Shown here: positions 1 through 9,337 of the stretch, one piece after another | How positions within the stretch are numbered: position 1 is the stretch's first letter | How the letters are laid out: each line of letters starts with the position of its first letter | Assembly: GCA_047602425.1 (NCBI GenBank) | Contig: JASGHG010000001.1 | Span: 2,688,001 to 2,752,000, forward strand | Source of the DNA: Nibricoccus sp. | GTDB taxonomy: Bacteria; Verrucomicrobiota; Verrucomicrobiia; Opitutales; Opitutaceae | DNA: 64,000 nt | Reading direction: 5' to 3' | Program-made: the position numbers and the translations under genes | The notes under the pieces: generated by a model | Told to the model about the DNA's origin: nothing | Database searches by the model: none | What the model saw: the letters and a program-made list of their open reading frames with translations, nothing else

Positions 1-36
1 AGATTCCCAACGGCTAACGATCAACCGGTCATTTTC

Positions 37-52
37 TGGCCCATGTTTAGCA
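37..52 (+). promoter_or_regulatory. Putative sigma-54 (-24/-12) promoter of the VIT-vWA gene
   Basis: TGGCCC-ATGTT-TAGCA; GG(38-39)-N10-GC(50-51), about 35 nt upstream of ATG 86. Confidence 0.5.
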
Positions 53-85
53 AGGGAGCACGACGTCGTTTCAAACCACGTCATC

Positions 86-2110
86 ATGAAAATAAAATCC
101 ATCGTTCTTACTGGCGTAGCCGTGCTCCTGTCCGCCGCGGCTTCGCTTTTTGCGGGCGGCACGCTCACGCCGACCACTGCCGCTCAACAACCAATCAAAA
201 TCAACAATCATCAGGCGAACGTCACCATCAACAACGGCTTTGCTCAGGTCGAAGTGTTGCAGACATTCTTCAATCCCAATCCAACCGACCTCGAAGCTGT
301 CTATGCGTTTCCGGTGCCGAAGAGCGCCAGCCTTTCCGAAGTCACCATTGTCACGGGTGAAAAGACGCTGAACGGCGAAGTCCTCGCAAAACAGGATGCC
401 GAAAAGGTCTACGAAGAAGAAAAGCAGGCGGGCAACGATGCCGGCCTGGCGAAAAAAAACAGCTACCTCACCTACGAATTTCGCGTTTCTCCCGTGCGCG
501 CCAATTCCGAGGTGAAACTGCGCTTTGTCTACTATCAGCCGCTAGAAATCGATTCCGGCGTGGGCCGTTTTCTCTATCCGCTCGAGGATGGAGGCACCGA
601 CGAGGTCGCGAAGAGTTTTTGGACAACCAATTCCCAGGTGGAAGGAGCGCTCTCGATCAACGTTGAGCTGAAGTCGGCATGGCCGGTCAGCGACGTGCGA
701 GTGCCGGGTTTCGAAGGTGTGGCCGTCACCAAGAAAATCGCCGAAGGTCACTATCAACTCACGCTCGACCGCCCGGGCGCGAAACTCGATCGCGACTTTG
801 TTTTCTATTATCGTCTCGCGGACAATTTGCCCGGCCGCGTCGAAGTGATTCCTTATCGAGCTGACAAATCCAAACCCGGCACGTTCATGATGGTCGTCAC
901 GCCGGGCGTCGATTTGAAACCGATCACTCACGGCGCCGATTACGTGTATGTACTCGATGTTTCGGGTTCGATGCAGGGAAAAATCCACACGCTCGCCAAC
1001 GGGGTTGGTCAGGCGCTTGGTAAGATGCGCCCGAAGGATCGTTTTCGTATCGTTTCATTTAGTTCATCGGCGCGCGAAGTGCTGGATTGGACCGCCGCCA
1101 CGCCGGAAAACGTCACGCGCGCCATTGAAATGGTGAAGGGTCTGAAAACTGAAAGTTCAACCAACCTCTATGCTGGCGTGCAGAAAGGGCTCGAAAAACT
1201 CGATGCCGACCGCGCCACGAGCCTCGTGCTCGTAACCGATGGCGTGGCCAACGAGGGCGTGGTCCAGCCCGCGGCTTTTCACAAGCTGCTGAAAAGTTAC
1301 GACATTCGCGTCTTCGGTTTCCTGATGGGAAATAGTTCGAACTGGCCGCTCATGCGCACGATCACCGACGCAACCGGCGGTTTTTATGCCGGCGTGAGCA
1401 ATGACGACGACATCGTCGGCCAGATCATCCTCGCGAAATCGAAAATCACTTTCGAGGCGCTGCACGACGCGTCGTTCAAGTTCACGGGCGCGCGCGTCTT
1501 TGACACGACGGGGGATTATCCGAACAAAATCTACCGCGGCCAGCAGCTCGTGATTTTTGGCCGCTATGAGGGTGCGGGCCCGGCGACCGTCACGCTCAAG
1601 GCCAAGCTCACCGGCGAGGATAAAACGTACACCACGAACTTCAATTTCCCGGAAACCGACACCGACAATCCCGAAATCGAACGCCTTTGGGCGATGGCGC
1701 AGGTCGAGCAGATCGAGCTGAAGGAGAATATCGGTGTGCTGCCGTCCTCGGAATCGAAGGACGCGATCCAGGCGATCGGTGTCGCGTACCAGATCGTGAC
1801 CGATCACACCTCGATGGTCGTGCTCGATGACGCGACGTTTGCCAAGCGCGGCATCGCCCGCAACAACCAGCAGCGCACCGCCAATGAGCGCGTTGCGCAG
1901 AGTGTCCGGGCCAAGCAGGCGCCGAAGAACTATCAGGTTGATGCGCAGCAGCCGACCTACACCTCGCCTGCGCACCACGTCAGCCATGGTGGCGGTGGTG
2001 GCGGCGCGCTCGATCCGAAAACGGCGAACATGCTGCTCTTCCTTTTCCTTGCTGCGACCAGCTTCTACGCCCGCCGCCATATGAGTGCGGGCAGGCAGCG
2101 CAAGGAATGA
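86..2110 (+). CDS. Secreted VIT + von Willebrand factor A domain protein with C-terminal GlyGly-CTERM sorting signal
   Basis: Signal peptide; VIT motif (QTFFNP..LEAVYAFPVP..ASL); vWA MIDAS (VLDVSGSM...T...VTDG); tail GGGGGGALDP-hydrophobic-RR. Confidence 0.9.
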   Translation: MKIKSIVLTGVAVLLSAAASLFAGGTLTPTTAAQQPIKINNHQANVTINNGFAQVEVLQTFFNPNPTDLEAVYAFPVPKSASLSEVTIVTGEKTLNGEVLAKQDAEKVYEEEKQAGNDAGLAKKNSYLTYEFRVSPVRANSEVKLRFVYYQPLEIDSGVGRFLYPLEDGGTDEVAKSFWTTNSQVEGALSINVELKSAWPVSDVRVPGFEGVAVTKKIAEGHYQLTLDRPGAKLDRDFVFYYRLADNLPGRVEVIPYRADKSKPGTFMMVVTPGVDLKPITHGADYVYVLDVSGSMQGKIHTLANGVGQALGKMRPKDRFRIVSFSSSAREVLDWTAATPENVTRAIEMVKGLKTESSTNLYAGVQKGLEKLDADRATSLVLVTDGVANEGVVQPAAFHKLLKSYDIRVFGFLMGNSSNWPLMRTITDATGGFYAGVSNDDDIVGQIILAKSKITFEALHDASFKFTGARVFDTTGDYPNKIYRGQQLVIFGRYEGAGPATVTLKAKLTGEDKTYTTNFNFPETDTDNPEIERLWAMAQVEQIELKENIGVLPSSESKDAIQAIGVAYQIVTDHTSMVVLDDATFAKRGIARNNQQRTANERVAQSVRAKQAPKNYQVDAQQPTYTSPAHHVSHGGGGGGALDPKTANMLLFLFLAATSFYARRHMSAGRQRKE

Positions 2111-2214
2111 TGACAGGTCGATAGAGCGAGACGCCGGGCAGTCTCTCCAGCGCTGCCCGGCGTCTTTTTCGGCTGCAAATCAAGATCGTGCGGGCCGTTT
2201 CTGCCTCTAAAATC

Positions 2215-2817
2215 GTGAAAAAATTCCCCTTTATCGCCGTCATTTTTACCGCTTTGGCTTTGTTCGTTTTCCGACTGGCGGGCTGGACTGAGGCATTGGA
2301 AATGAATCGCATTGCCCTCGCGCAGGGCGAGCTCTGGCGATTGTTCACCGGACATCTCACGCATTTTTCGGCCGATCATTTGAAGTGGGACCTCGCGGTA
2401 TTCGTTGCACTCGGCTCGTTGGTGGAATTACGGAGCAGAAGGCATTTCGTGGCGGTTTTGGCGGGCGGTGCACTGGCGATTTCGGTGGGCGTGTGGTGGC
2501 TGCAACCGCAATTTGCCAGCTATCGCGGGCTTTCCGGAGTCGATAGCGCGTTGTTCGGTTATGTCGCGATGGATATTTTTTTGATCGCCTGCGCGGAAAA
2601 ACGGTATGGCACGGTTCTCATCGCTGGTTTGGCACTGATGCTATTTGTGGCGAAAACCAGCTTCGAACTTGTCTCGGGGCGTACGGTTTTCGTCGATAAT
2701 TCCGGTGGTTTTGCTCCTGTACCGCTCGCGCATCTTATCGGTGCAATTGTTGGCGGCGTTTGCGTGGTGAGGGGCCATCGACTGGAGAAAAAACAAGCGG
2801 AGGGCTTGGCGGGGTGA
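2215..2817 (+). CDS. rrtA: Rhombosortase (rhomboid-family intramembrane serine protease)
   Basis: GELWRLFTGHLTH, catalytic YRGLSG, AHLIG; about 6 TM; adjacent to a GlyGly-CTERM protein. GTG start at 2215 (alternative 2188). Confidence 0.85.
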   Translation: MKKFPFIAVIFTALALFVFRLAGWTEALEMNRIALAQGELWRLFTGHLTHFSADHLKWDLAVFVALGSLVELRSRRHFVAVLAGGALAISVGVWWLQPQFASYRGLSGVDSALFGYVAMDIFLIACAEKRYGTVLIAGLALMLFVAKTSFELVSGRTVFVDNSGGFAPVPLAHLIGAIVGGVCVVRGHRLEKKQAEGLAG

Positions 2818-2876
2818 ATCGGCAGCGTCTGGCGGATTCTTGACCGGAGCCGTGTGCGACGTTCAAGTGAGCACGG

Positions 2877-3536
2877 ATGTTGAAAACCCGTTTTGGAATC
2901 TGGTGTTTGATCGTGGCTGTTTTGCTCGTGCCAATTTTGCCGTGGCTTGTCTTCGGGCCGCGGTTGGAGATGTGGGCGCTGGGTTTGGTGAGCGGTGAAA
3001 ATGGATCGAATTTTTCACGCTGGCTGGTGGGTGCGCTGGGAGTGGGCTTGCTCGCGGGAGATAGTTTTTTGCCGATCCCTTCGACGTTGGTGATGAGCGC
3101 GCTGGGTTTGGCTCTCGGCGTGGTGGCGGGCGGCATTGCGGCTTCGTTGGGTGTTTTTCTTTCTGGAACAATTGCGTATCTGGTCTGCCGGCGCTGGGGA
3201 GTCGACATGGCGCGGCGCATCGCGGGCGAAAAAGGTCTGGCGAAATTGGGTGCGACGATGAGCCGCGAAGGGGCATTGCTCATCGCAGTCACCCGTTCGG
3301 TGCCTGTCGTGCAGGAGGCGACCGCCTGTTTGGCTGGAGTCACGAAGATGCCGCCCAGACTTTTTTTCACGGCACTGGGAGCGGGTTGTTTACCCACGGG
3401 TTTTGCCTATGCAGCGATTGGCGCGAGCGCGCTGCGTAGTCAGGCATGGGCCATTGGCCTCAGTCTGGTGGTGCCGCTCGTGACGTGGCTTTTGATTCAA
3501 GCGTTTGTTGGCGCGGTGGATCGCGGGAAAATCTGA
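2877..3536 (+). CDS. VTT-domain (DedA/TVP38) membrane protein
   Basis: LPIPS, G..IAY.V.RRWG, TRSVPV..E...LAG motifs; hydrophobic. Confidence 0.85.
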   Translation: MLKTRFGIWCLIVAVLLVPILPWLVFGPRLEMWALGLVSGENGSNFSRWLVGALGVGLLAGDSFLPIPSTLVMSALGLALGVVAGGIAASLGVFLSGTIAYLVCRRWGVDMARRIAGEKGLAKLGATMSREGALLIAVTRSVPVVQEATACLAGVTKMPPRLFFTALGAGCLPTGFAYAAIGASALRSQAWAIGLSLVVPLVTWLLIQAFVGAVDRGKI

Positions 3537-3594
3537 CCGAACCACTCGCAAAGGGGGCGAAGTGGTGCACGTTCCGGTGACCCCGGAATATCCC

Positions 3595-6066
3595 ATGACG
3601 AAATCATTTCTTTGGCGGGCGATGGCAACCGTCGCCATTTTGAACGTCTCGAACGCTTCGCTGCGAGCCAGTGAGGCAAACATCAAAATCCCCGACTTCA
3701 GCGGCGTTTCGTTCGACCTCCTCGGTCAGCGAATCAGTGGTCACGGCGTTCTGATGGCTGGCTTGGTGGTATGTGTGCTCGGCTGCTTGTTTGGCGTTTG
3801 GCAATACTTGCAGACGAAGCGCCTGCCGGTGCACGTGAGCATGGCGGCGGTTTCGCAGGTGATCTGGGAAACGTGCAAGACCTACCTCGCGCAGCAGGGG
3901 AAATTCCTAATCGGGCTATGGGGCGTGATCGCAGTCTGTATAGTTTATTATTTCGCCGGGTTGGAAAAAGAGCCGGTGGGCCACGTGGCGATCATTCTTG
4001 CGGCGTCGGTGCTGGGGATTCTGGGAAGTTACGGTGTCGCTTGGTTCGGCATTCGCATCAACACCATCGCCAACTCGCGCACGGCCTTTTCGGCGTTGCA
4101 GGGAAATCCGCTGCGCACGCTCGGCATTCCGCTCCGCTCGGGCATGAGCGTGGGCCTGCTTCTCGTATCGATTGAACTGCTTTTCATGATCTGCATTCTG
4201 GCGTTTGTCCCTCGTGACGTTGCCGGTGCGTGTTTTGTCGGCTTCGCGATTGGCGAATCGCTGGGTGCGAGTGCGCTGCGCATCTGCGGCGGAATTTTCA
4301 CAAAGATCGCGGACATCGGTGCGGATTTGATGAAGATCGTTTTCAATCTTCCCGAAGACGACCCGCGAAATCCCGGCGTGATCGCTGATTGCACGGGTGA
4401 CAACGCCGGCGACTCCGTTGGCCCTACGGCCGACGGTTTCGAGACGTATGGCGTGACGGGCGTTGCGTTGATTGCATTCCTGGCGCTCGCGCTTTCCTCA
4501 GCGGACAGCCAGCCCTTGTGCGCGACGCTGATCATCTGGTTGTTCGCGATGCGCATCCTGATGGTGCTCACCTCGCTGGTTTCATACGCGATGAACGAGG
4601 CGATGAGCAAGCTGCTCTTCGCCGGTTCACGTGACTTTAACCTGGAACAACCGCTAACGCATCTCGTGTGGCTGACGTCGGTCGTTTCAGTGCTGGTCAC
4701 TTTTGCGGCAAGTTACCTGTTGCTCGCCGATATACCGGGGCACGCGGGCATGTGGTGGGTGCTATCGTTTATCATTTCGCTCGGCACGATCGCGGGTGCG
4801 GTGATACCGGAGTTTACGAAGGCCTTCACCAGCACGGAATCGCGGCACGTGAAGGAAATCGTCACTTCGTCACGACAAGGCGGCGCGTCGCTCAATATCC
4901 TCTCGGGCTTCGTGGCGGGAAATTTCTCCGGCTTCTGGATCGGGCTGACGATTCTCGGGCTGATGACGGGCGCGTATTTCTTCAGTCAGAATCCTGCGGT
5001 TTCGGCGATCATGCCGGGCGACATCGGATTTGCGGCACCGATTTTTGCCTTCGGTCTTGTCGCTTTCGGTTTTCTCGGCATGGGCCCGGTGACGATCGCG
5101 GTCGACAGTTTCGGCCCGGTGACGGACAACGCTCAATCTGTTTACGAACTAAGCCAGATCGAGACACGGCCGGGCATCGCGGATGAGATTAAAAAAGATT
5201 TTGGTTTCGTACCCGACTTCGAACAGGCGAAATACCAGCTCGAAAAAGGCGATGGTGCGGGCAACACCTTCAAGGCAACAGCCAAACCAGTGCTTATCGG
5301 TACGGCGGTGGTTGGCGCGACGACGATGGTATTCGGCATCATCCTGATGTTGCAGCAGGTCTACGGTAGCGCCATCGAGAAGCTCTCGCTCGTGCACGCG
5401 GGACCGATCCTCGGGCTGCTGACGGGCGGCGCGGTGATTTACTGGTTCACGGGAGCGAGCACGCAGGCGGTGGTGACGGGTGCGTATCGCGCGGTCGTCT
5501 ACATCAAGCGCAACATGCGGCTCGATGCCACGACGGCGTCGACCGAAGCGTCGAAGGAAGTCGTGCGCATTTGCACGCAGTACGCGCAACGCGGCATGGT
5601 GAACATTTTTGTCGTGGTGTTTTGCTTCGCGCTCGCGCTGGCGTTTTTCGATTCGTTTTTCTTCATCGGCTACCTGATCGGCATCGCGTTTTTCGGATTG
5701 TTCCAGGCGATCTTCATGGCGAACGGTGGCGGCGCTTGGGACAACGCAAAGAAAATCGTCGAGGTGGAGTTGAAGCAAAAGCATACGCCACTTCATGCTG
5801 CGACAGTAGTCGGCGACACGGTGGGCGATCCGTTCAAGGACACGTCCTCGGTTTCGCTCAATCCGGTGATAAAGTTCACGACACTCTTCGGCCTGCTCGC
5901 GGTGGAGATTGCGGTGAAAATGGAAAACCTCACCGTGCGCTACTCCATCGGCGCGGCGATCCTGGCGGTCGCGCTAATTTTTGTTTACCGCAGTTTCTAC
6001 AGCATGCGCATCCCCGAAGACCCGACCGACGACGCTGCCGCGAAGGCGATGATGAAGCCGCAGTGA
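3595..6066 (+). CDS. hppA: Membrane-bound cation-translocating pyrophosphatase (K+-independent signature)
   Basis: GGIFTKIADIGADL, EDDPRNPGVIADCTGDNAGD, GNTFKA, GGAWDNAKK, GDTVGDPFKDT. Start 3595 chosen; ORF open from 3505. Confidence 0.95.
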   Translation: MTKSFLWRAMATVAILNVSNASLRASEANIKIPDFSGVSFDLLGQRISGHGVLMAGLVVCVLGCLFGVWQYLQTKRLPVHVSMAAVSQVIWETCKTYLAQQGKFLIGLWGVIAVCIVYYFAGLEKEPVGHVAIILAASVLGILGSYGVAWFGIRINTIANSRTAFSALQGNPLRTLGIPLRSGMSVGLLLVSIELLFMICILAFVPRDVAGACFVGFAIGESLGASALRICGGIFTKIADIGADLMKIVFNLPEDDPRNPGVIADCTGDNAGDSVGPTADGFETYGVTGVALIAFLALALSSADSQPLCATLIIWLFAMRILMVLTSLVSYAMNEAMSKLLFAGSRDFNLEQPLTHLVWLTSVVSVLVTFAASYLLLADIPGHAGMWWVLSFIISLGTIAGAVIPEFTKAFTSTESRHVKEIVTSSRQGGASLNILSGFVAGNFSGFWIGLTILGLMTGAYFFSQNPAVSAIMPGDIGFAAPIFAFGLVAFGFLGMGPVTIAVDSFGPVTDNAQSVYELSQIETRPGIADEIKKDFGFVPDFEQAKYQLEKGDGAGNTFKATAKPVLIGTAVVGATTMVFGIILMLQQVYGSAIEKLSLVHAGPILGLLTGGAVIYWFTGASTQAVVTGAYRAVVYIKRNMRLDATTASTEASKEVVRICTQYAQRGMVNIFVVVFCFALALAFFDSFFFIGYLIGIAFFGLFQAIFMANGGGAWDNAKKIVEVELKQKHTPLHAATVVGDTVGDPFKDTSSVSLNPVIKFTTLFGLLAVEIAVKMENLTVRYSIGAAILAVALIFVYRSFYSMRIPEDPTDDAAAKAMMKPQ

Positions 6067-6097
6067 CGAAACGCGAAGTAGCGCACGTTTTTTTTCG

Positions 6098-6265
6098 GAG
6101 TTACACAGAGCGCACAGGAGAAAAACCGGAGAGCAGAGAGGCTCGCTGGTTGGTTTGGAGTCTATCGGACAGACTTCACCCGGAGGATGAAGGGGGTGTG
6201 TTTCTAAATTCCACTCTCCAACTCTCTGTGGCCTCTGTGTCCGAACTCAGTGCACTCTGTGACTC
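6098..6265. repeat. Intergenic imperfect inverted-repeat element with CACAGAG/CTCTGTG arms (REP/MITE-like)
   Basis: Left arm GAGTTACACAGAGCGCACAGGAG...GCAGAGAG (6098-6140) complements right arm CTCTCTGTGGCCTCTGTG...GTGCACTCTGTGACTC (6222-6265); lies between convergent genes. Confidence 0.55.
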
Positions 6266-6283
6266 AACTTCTGAAGCTTGATT

Positions 6284-7435
6284 TCAAACGTTGCTCAGCC
6301 CGGCCTTCATCCGGCGCAAGGCTTCGGTGAGCGTCGCACGCGGGCAGCCGAAGTTGATGCGGATGTGTTTGCCGCGCGGGGAACCGAAAAACGAACCGTC
6401 GGACAGGCCTACGCCATGTTGTTCGAAGTGGGCGATCGGGTCGGCGAGGCCGAGGGCTTCGACGTTGAGCCAGGCGAGGTACGTCGCCTCGATCGGCGCT
6501 TCGATTTTCACACCGGGCAGTTCGCGCGCGAGGAAATCAAAAATGAAATCACGGTTGCCACGGAGGTAACCGAGGAGTTCCTGGCGCCAGGGTTCGCTGT
6601 CGCGATAGGCGGCTTCGCAGGCGGCGAAACCAAGCGTGGTGACTTCGGCGACGATGCCGGCGGTCGCGCGCACGAAGGTGGCGCGGAGTTTCGGGTCACT
6701 GATAATCGCAATCGACGTGCCGAGGCCGGGGACGTTGTAGGTCTTGCTCGGCGCCATGAGCGTGATGGTGCGCGCGGCGATCTCCGGGCTGATGAGGCCG
6801 GTCGGGATGTGCTGGATGTCGTCGAGGATCAGGTCGCAGTGAATCTCGTCGGAGCAGAGGATGAGATTGTGACGCAGACAGAAATTGGCGATGCGTTCCA
6901 GTTCGTCACGGCGGAACACGCGCGCGACCGGGTTGTGCGGGTTGCAAAGAAAAAAGAGTTTCGTGCGTGGCGTAACGGCGCGCTCCATTGCGTCCCAGTC
7001 GATTTCCCACCGGCCGTTGCTCAGCGCCAATGGCACGGTGAGGGCTTTGCGACCGGAGTTGCGCGGTGCGGTCATGAACGGCGGGTAGACCGGCGTGTTG
7101 CAGAGTACTTCATCGCCGGGCTCGGCAAAGGCCTGCGCGGTGACGTTAAGGCCGACGACCAACCCGGGCAGCCAGACGAGCCACGATGGGTCGACGGTCC
7201 AGCCGTAGCGGCGTTGCAGGCCGGTGACGACGGCTTCGACTTCGGATTTGGTCGGACGCGCGTAGCCAAAAATACCATGATCGACGCGACGGTGGAGCGC
7301 CTCGATCACGGCGGGCGGCGAACGAAAATCCATGTCGGCCACCCAGAGCGGGAGGATGTCGCGGCCTTCGTATTTTTGCCATTTCTGCGAATCGGTGCCG
7401 AGGCGTTGCGGGACGGTGTCGAAGTCAAAGCGCAT
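6284..7435 (-). CDS. patB: MalY/PatB family PLP-dependent C-S lyase (cystathionine beta-lyase)
   Basis: LPLWVADMDF, LCNPHNP, SDEIHCD, APSKTYN(K-PLP), RINFGCPR. Confidence 0.92.
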   Translation of the reverse strand: MRFDFDTVPQRLGTDSQKWQKYEGRDILPLWVADMDFRSPPAVIEALHRRVDHGIFGYARPTKSEVEAVVTGLQRRYGWTVDPSWLVWLPGLVVGLNVTAQAFAEPGDEVLCNTPVYPPFMTAPRNSGRKALTVPLALSNGRWEIDWDAMERAVTPRTKLFFLCNPHNPVARVFRRDELERIANFCLRHNLILCSDEIHCDLILDDIQHIPTGLISPEIAARTITLMAPSKTYNVPGLGTSIAIISDPKLRATFVRATAGIVAEVTTLGFAACEAAYRDSEPWRQELLGYLRGNRDFIFDFLARELPGVKIEAPIEATYLAWLNVEALGLADPIAHFEQHGVGLSDGSFFGSPRGKHIRINFGCPRATLTEALRRMKAGLSNV

Positions 7436-7607
7436 GAAAAGGCATCACGGGTATGACATCGGAAGGCATTGCGCAACCCGGCTCTCTGCAAAGTGTGCCG
7501 CGATTGCCCGGGTGAGACGTCACACTCTTGGACAAATTTTCCCGGCACACTCTGTGGCGGCGAAATCAAGTCGCGGAAATACGGCGACTTGCGCAGCTGG
7601 CTGAGGT

Positions 7608-7623
7608 CGGCATTGCGCGAGCT
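7608..7623 (+). promoter_or_regulatory. Possible sigma-54 promoter of the Hsp20 pair
   Basis: CGGCAT-TGCGC-GAGCT; GG-N10-GC spacing, 55 nt upstream of ATG; inverted repeats further upstream. Confidence 0.35.
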
Positions 7624-7677
7624 ATAGGGAGAAATCGTTAAAACCAACAACACTTAAAACAACCAGGAGACAATACT

Positions 7678-8133
7678 ATGAGACTCGTTCGTTACACTTA
7701 TCCAACCACCCGCACTTTGGCCCCGGTTTTCGGTTCCGCGTTTCGGAACCCGTGGTCGGGGTTGGAGAGCGAGATTGATCGCATGTTCGAAAGCGCGTTG
7801 GGCGACTTCGTTGGCGCCGCCGCCGCCCCGGACCGTTTCCCGGTCGATTTGTACGAGGACAGGGACAACACCTACGTCCGCGCCGAACTTCCGGGCATCG
7901 ACAAAGCCGATATCAATGTCGAAATGGTCGACGACTTTCTGACCATCAACGCTACTCGCAAAACCAAGGAAGGCGACAAGGAGGAATCCTTTTCCTTCAG
8001 CCGTTCGGTGAATATTCCGGGTGACGTGCAGTCCGACAAGGTCGCTGCCGCGTACGAAAACGGGGTGCTGACCGTGACGCTGCCGAAACGCGAGGAAGCC
8101 AAGCCGCGCAAAATCAGCGTAAACGTCAACTAA
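7678..8133 (+). CDS. Hsp20/alpha-crystallin small heat shock protein
   Basis: PVDLYE...AELPG, FSRSV.IP, AAYENGVLTVTLPK; AGGAG RBS. Confidence 0.95.
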   Translation: MRLVRYTYPTTRTLAPVFGSAFRNPWSGLESEIDRMFESALGDFVGAAAAPDRFPVDLYEDRDNTYVRAELPGIDKADINVEMVDDFLTINATRKTKEGDKEESFSFSRSVNIPGDVQSDKVAAAYENGVLTVTLPKREEAKPRKISVNVN

Positions 8134-8179
8134 ACCCAGCGACGACAACCAACGAACTATTAACAAGGAGAAAATTACC

Positions 8180-8584
8180 ATGTCACTGCTCACTTCCATC
8201 ATTCCCTCGCTCAACCGCACTGTCGCCGGCAACGCCAGCGGCGAAACGAAAGCCGCCACGCCGGCGATCAAGCCGCTCTACGAAGTCAAGGAGACGGCCG
8301 ACGCGTTTGGCCTGACGGTTCAATTGCCCGGCGTCGCGAAGGACGGCCTGTCGATCACCGCCGAGGCCGACACGCTGACCATCCGCGGTGAACGCGGTTG
8401 GAAACGTCCGGCGGGCTGGACCTCGCTTTACCGCGAATCGTCTGATCTGGCCTACGAGTTGACGCTCGAACACGACAATTCGGTCGACGTCGACAAGATC
8501 CATGCGGAACTGCGCGATGGCGTGCTTCGTGTTTCGCTGCCGAAGACCGAAGCCCGCAAACCGCGCAAGATCGCGGTCGGATAA
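8180..8584 (+). CDS. Hsp20/alpha-crystallin small heat shock protein
   Basis: LPGV, AELRDGVLRVSLPK, PRKIAV; AAGGAG RBS. Confidence 0.93.
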   Translation: MSLLTSIIPSLNRTVAGNASGETKAATPAIKPLYEVKETADAFGLTVQLPGVAKDGLSITAEADTLTIRGERGWKRPAGWTSLYRESSDLAYELTLEHDNSVDVDKIHAELRDGVLRVSLPKTEARKPRKIAVG

Positions 8585-8612
8585 ACTCAGACTGAAACCA
8601 ACCCTTATAAAC

Positions 8613-8645
8613 AAAGGCCGGCTTCCCTCGGGACAGCCGGCTTTT
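8613..8645 (+). terminator. Intrinsic terminator after Hsp20 pair
   Basis: AAAGGCCGGCT-loop-AGCCGGCCTTTT. Confidence 0.85.
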
Positions 8646-8683
8646 GCATTGCGGTCGCAGAAGGAGATAGGAATTATCGGAAC

Positions 8684-9325
8684 ATGGATTCCGACGCATA
8701 TCTACCAATTGCGATTTTTGGAGCGGTCATCGTCGCCATAGCATTTATTACGCTTTATCAGACCAAAAAGGCGGGAGAAAATCTGGCGGCGCTGGCCCAG
8801 CGTTTAGGTCTGACTCTCAAAACGACCGGGAAATTTTTTAAGAAGCACTCCTTGGTGGGCGAGCTTCGGGGGAAACAAGCTGAAGTTTTTTCCTATACCA
8901 CGGGGGCCGGAAAATCGCGGCGCACCTGGGCGGCGATGGCGGTCACCGTGGGAAAAACAGGCGGGCTTACCTTTTCATTGGAACGGAGGGTGGCCTTTCT
9001 CGATTTCTTTGCGCGCGCCTTTCGGAGAAACGAAGTGAAGACGGGCGATGAAATTTTCGATCGACAATGGTTGTTGAAGACGAACCGGCCGGAGTTGATG
9101 CAAGCCATCTTGTTGCCGGAATTGCGGCAGAAGCTCACGTCTTTCCTGGGCAGCGGCGCCACCTCGCCGAGTTTCAAACTGGAGACTTATCGGGTCCAAT
9201 ATTCCGAGCAGGGGTCCTTCAGCAGCGATAAAGTGTGTCAGCGCATTGCGACGGGCGCCGACATACTCTGTGAGTTGGCGGACATCGTCGAAGTGACCGC
9301 GGAGATGAAAAATACGACCAATTGA
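8684..9325 (+). CDS. Hypothetical membrane-anchored protein (possibly DUF3137-like)
   Basis: N-terminal TM, then LAQRLGL and KTGDEIFDRQWL motifs. Confidence 0.7.
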   Translation: MDSDAYLPIAIFGAVIVAIAFITLYQTKKAGENLAALAQRLGLTLKTTGKFFKKHSLVGELRGKQAEVFSYTTGAGKSRRTWAAMAVTVGKTGGLTFSLERRVAFLDFFARAFRRNEVKTGDEIFDRQWLLKTNRPELMQAILLPELRQKLTSFLGSGATSPSFKLETYRVQYSEQGSFSSDKVCQRIATGADILCELADIVEVTAEMKNTTN

Positions 9326-9337
9326 GTAGCGTGTCGG

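Noticed and set aside
6278..7456. Long antisense ORFs (also 12066-13457, 16041-17336, 33960-35222, 38940-40463, 43620-45440)
   Set aside because: Shadows of well-supported genes on the opposite strand, expected at high GC; no motifs
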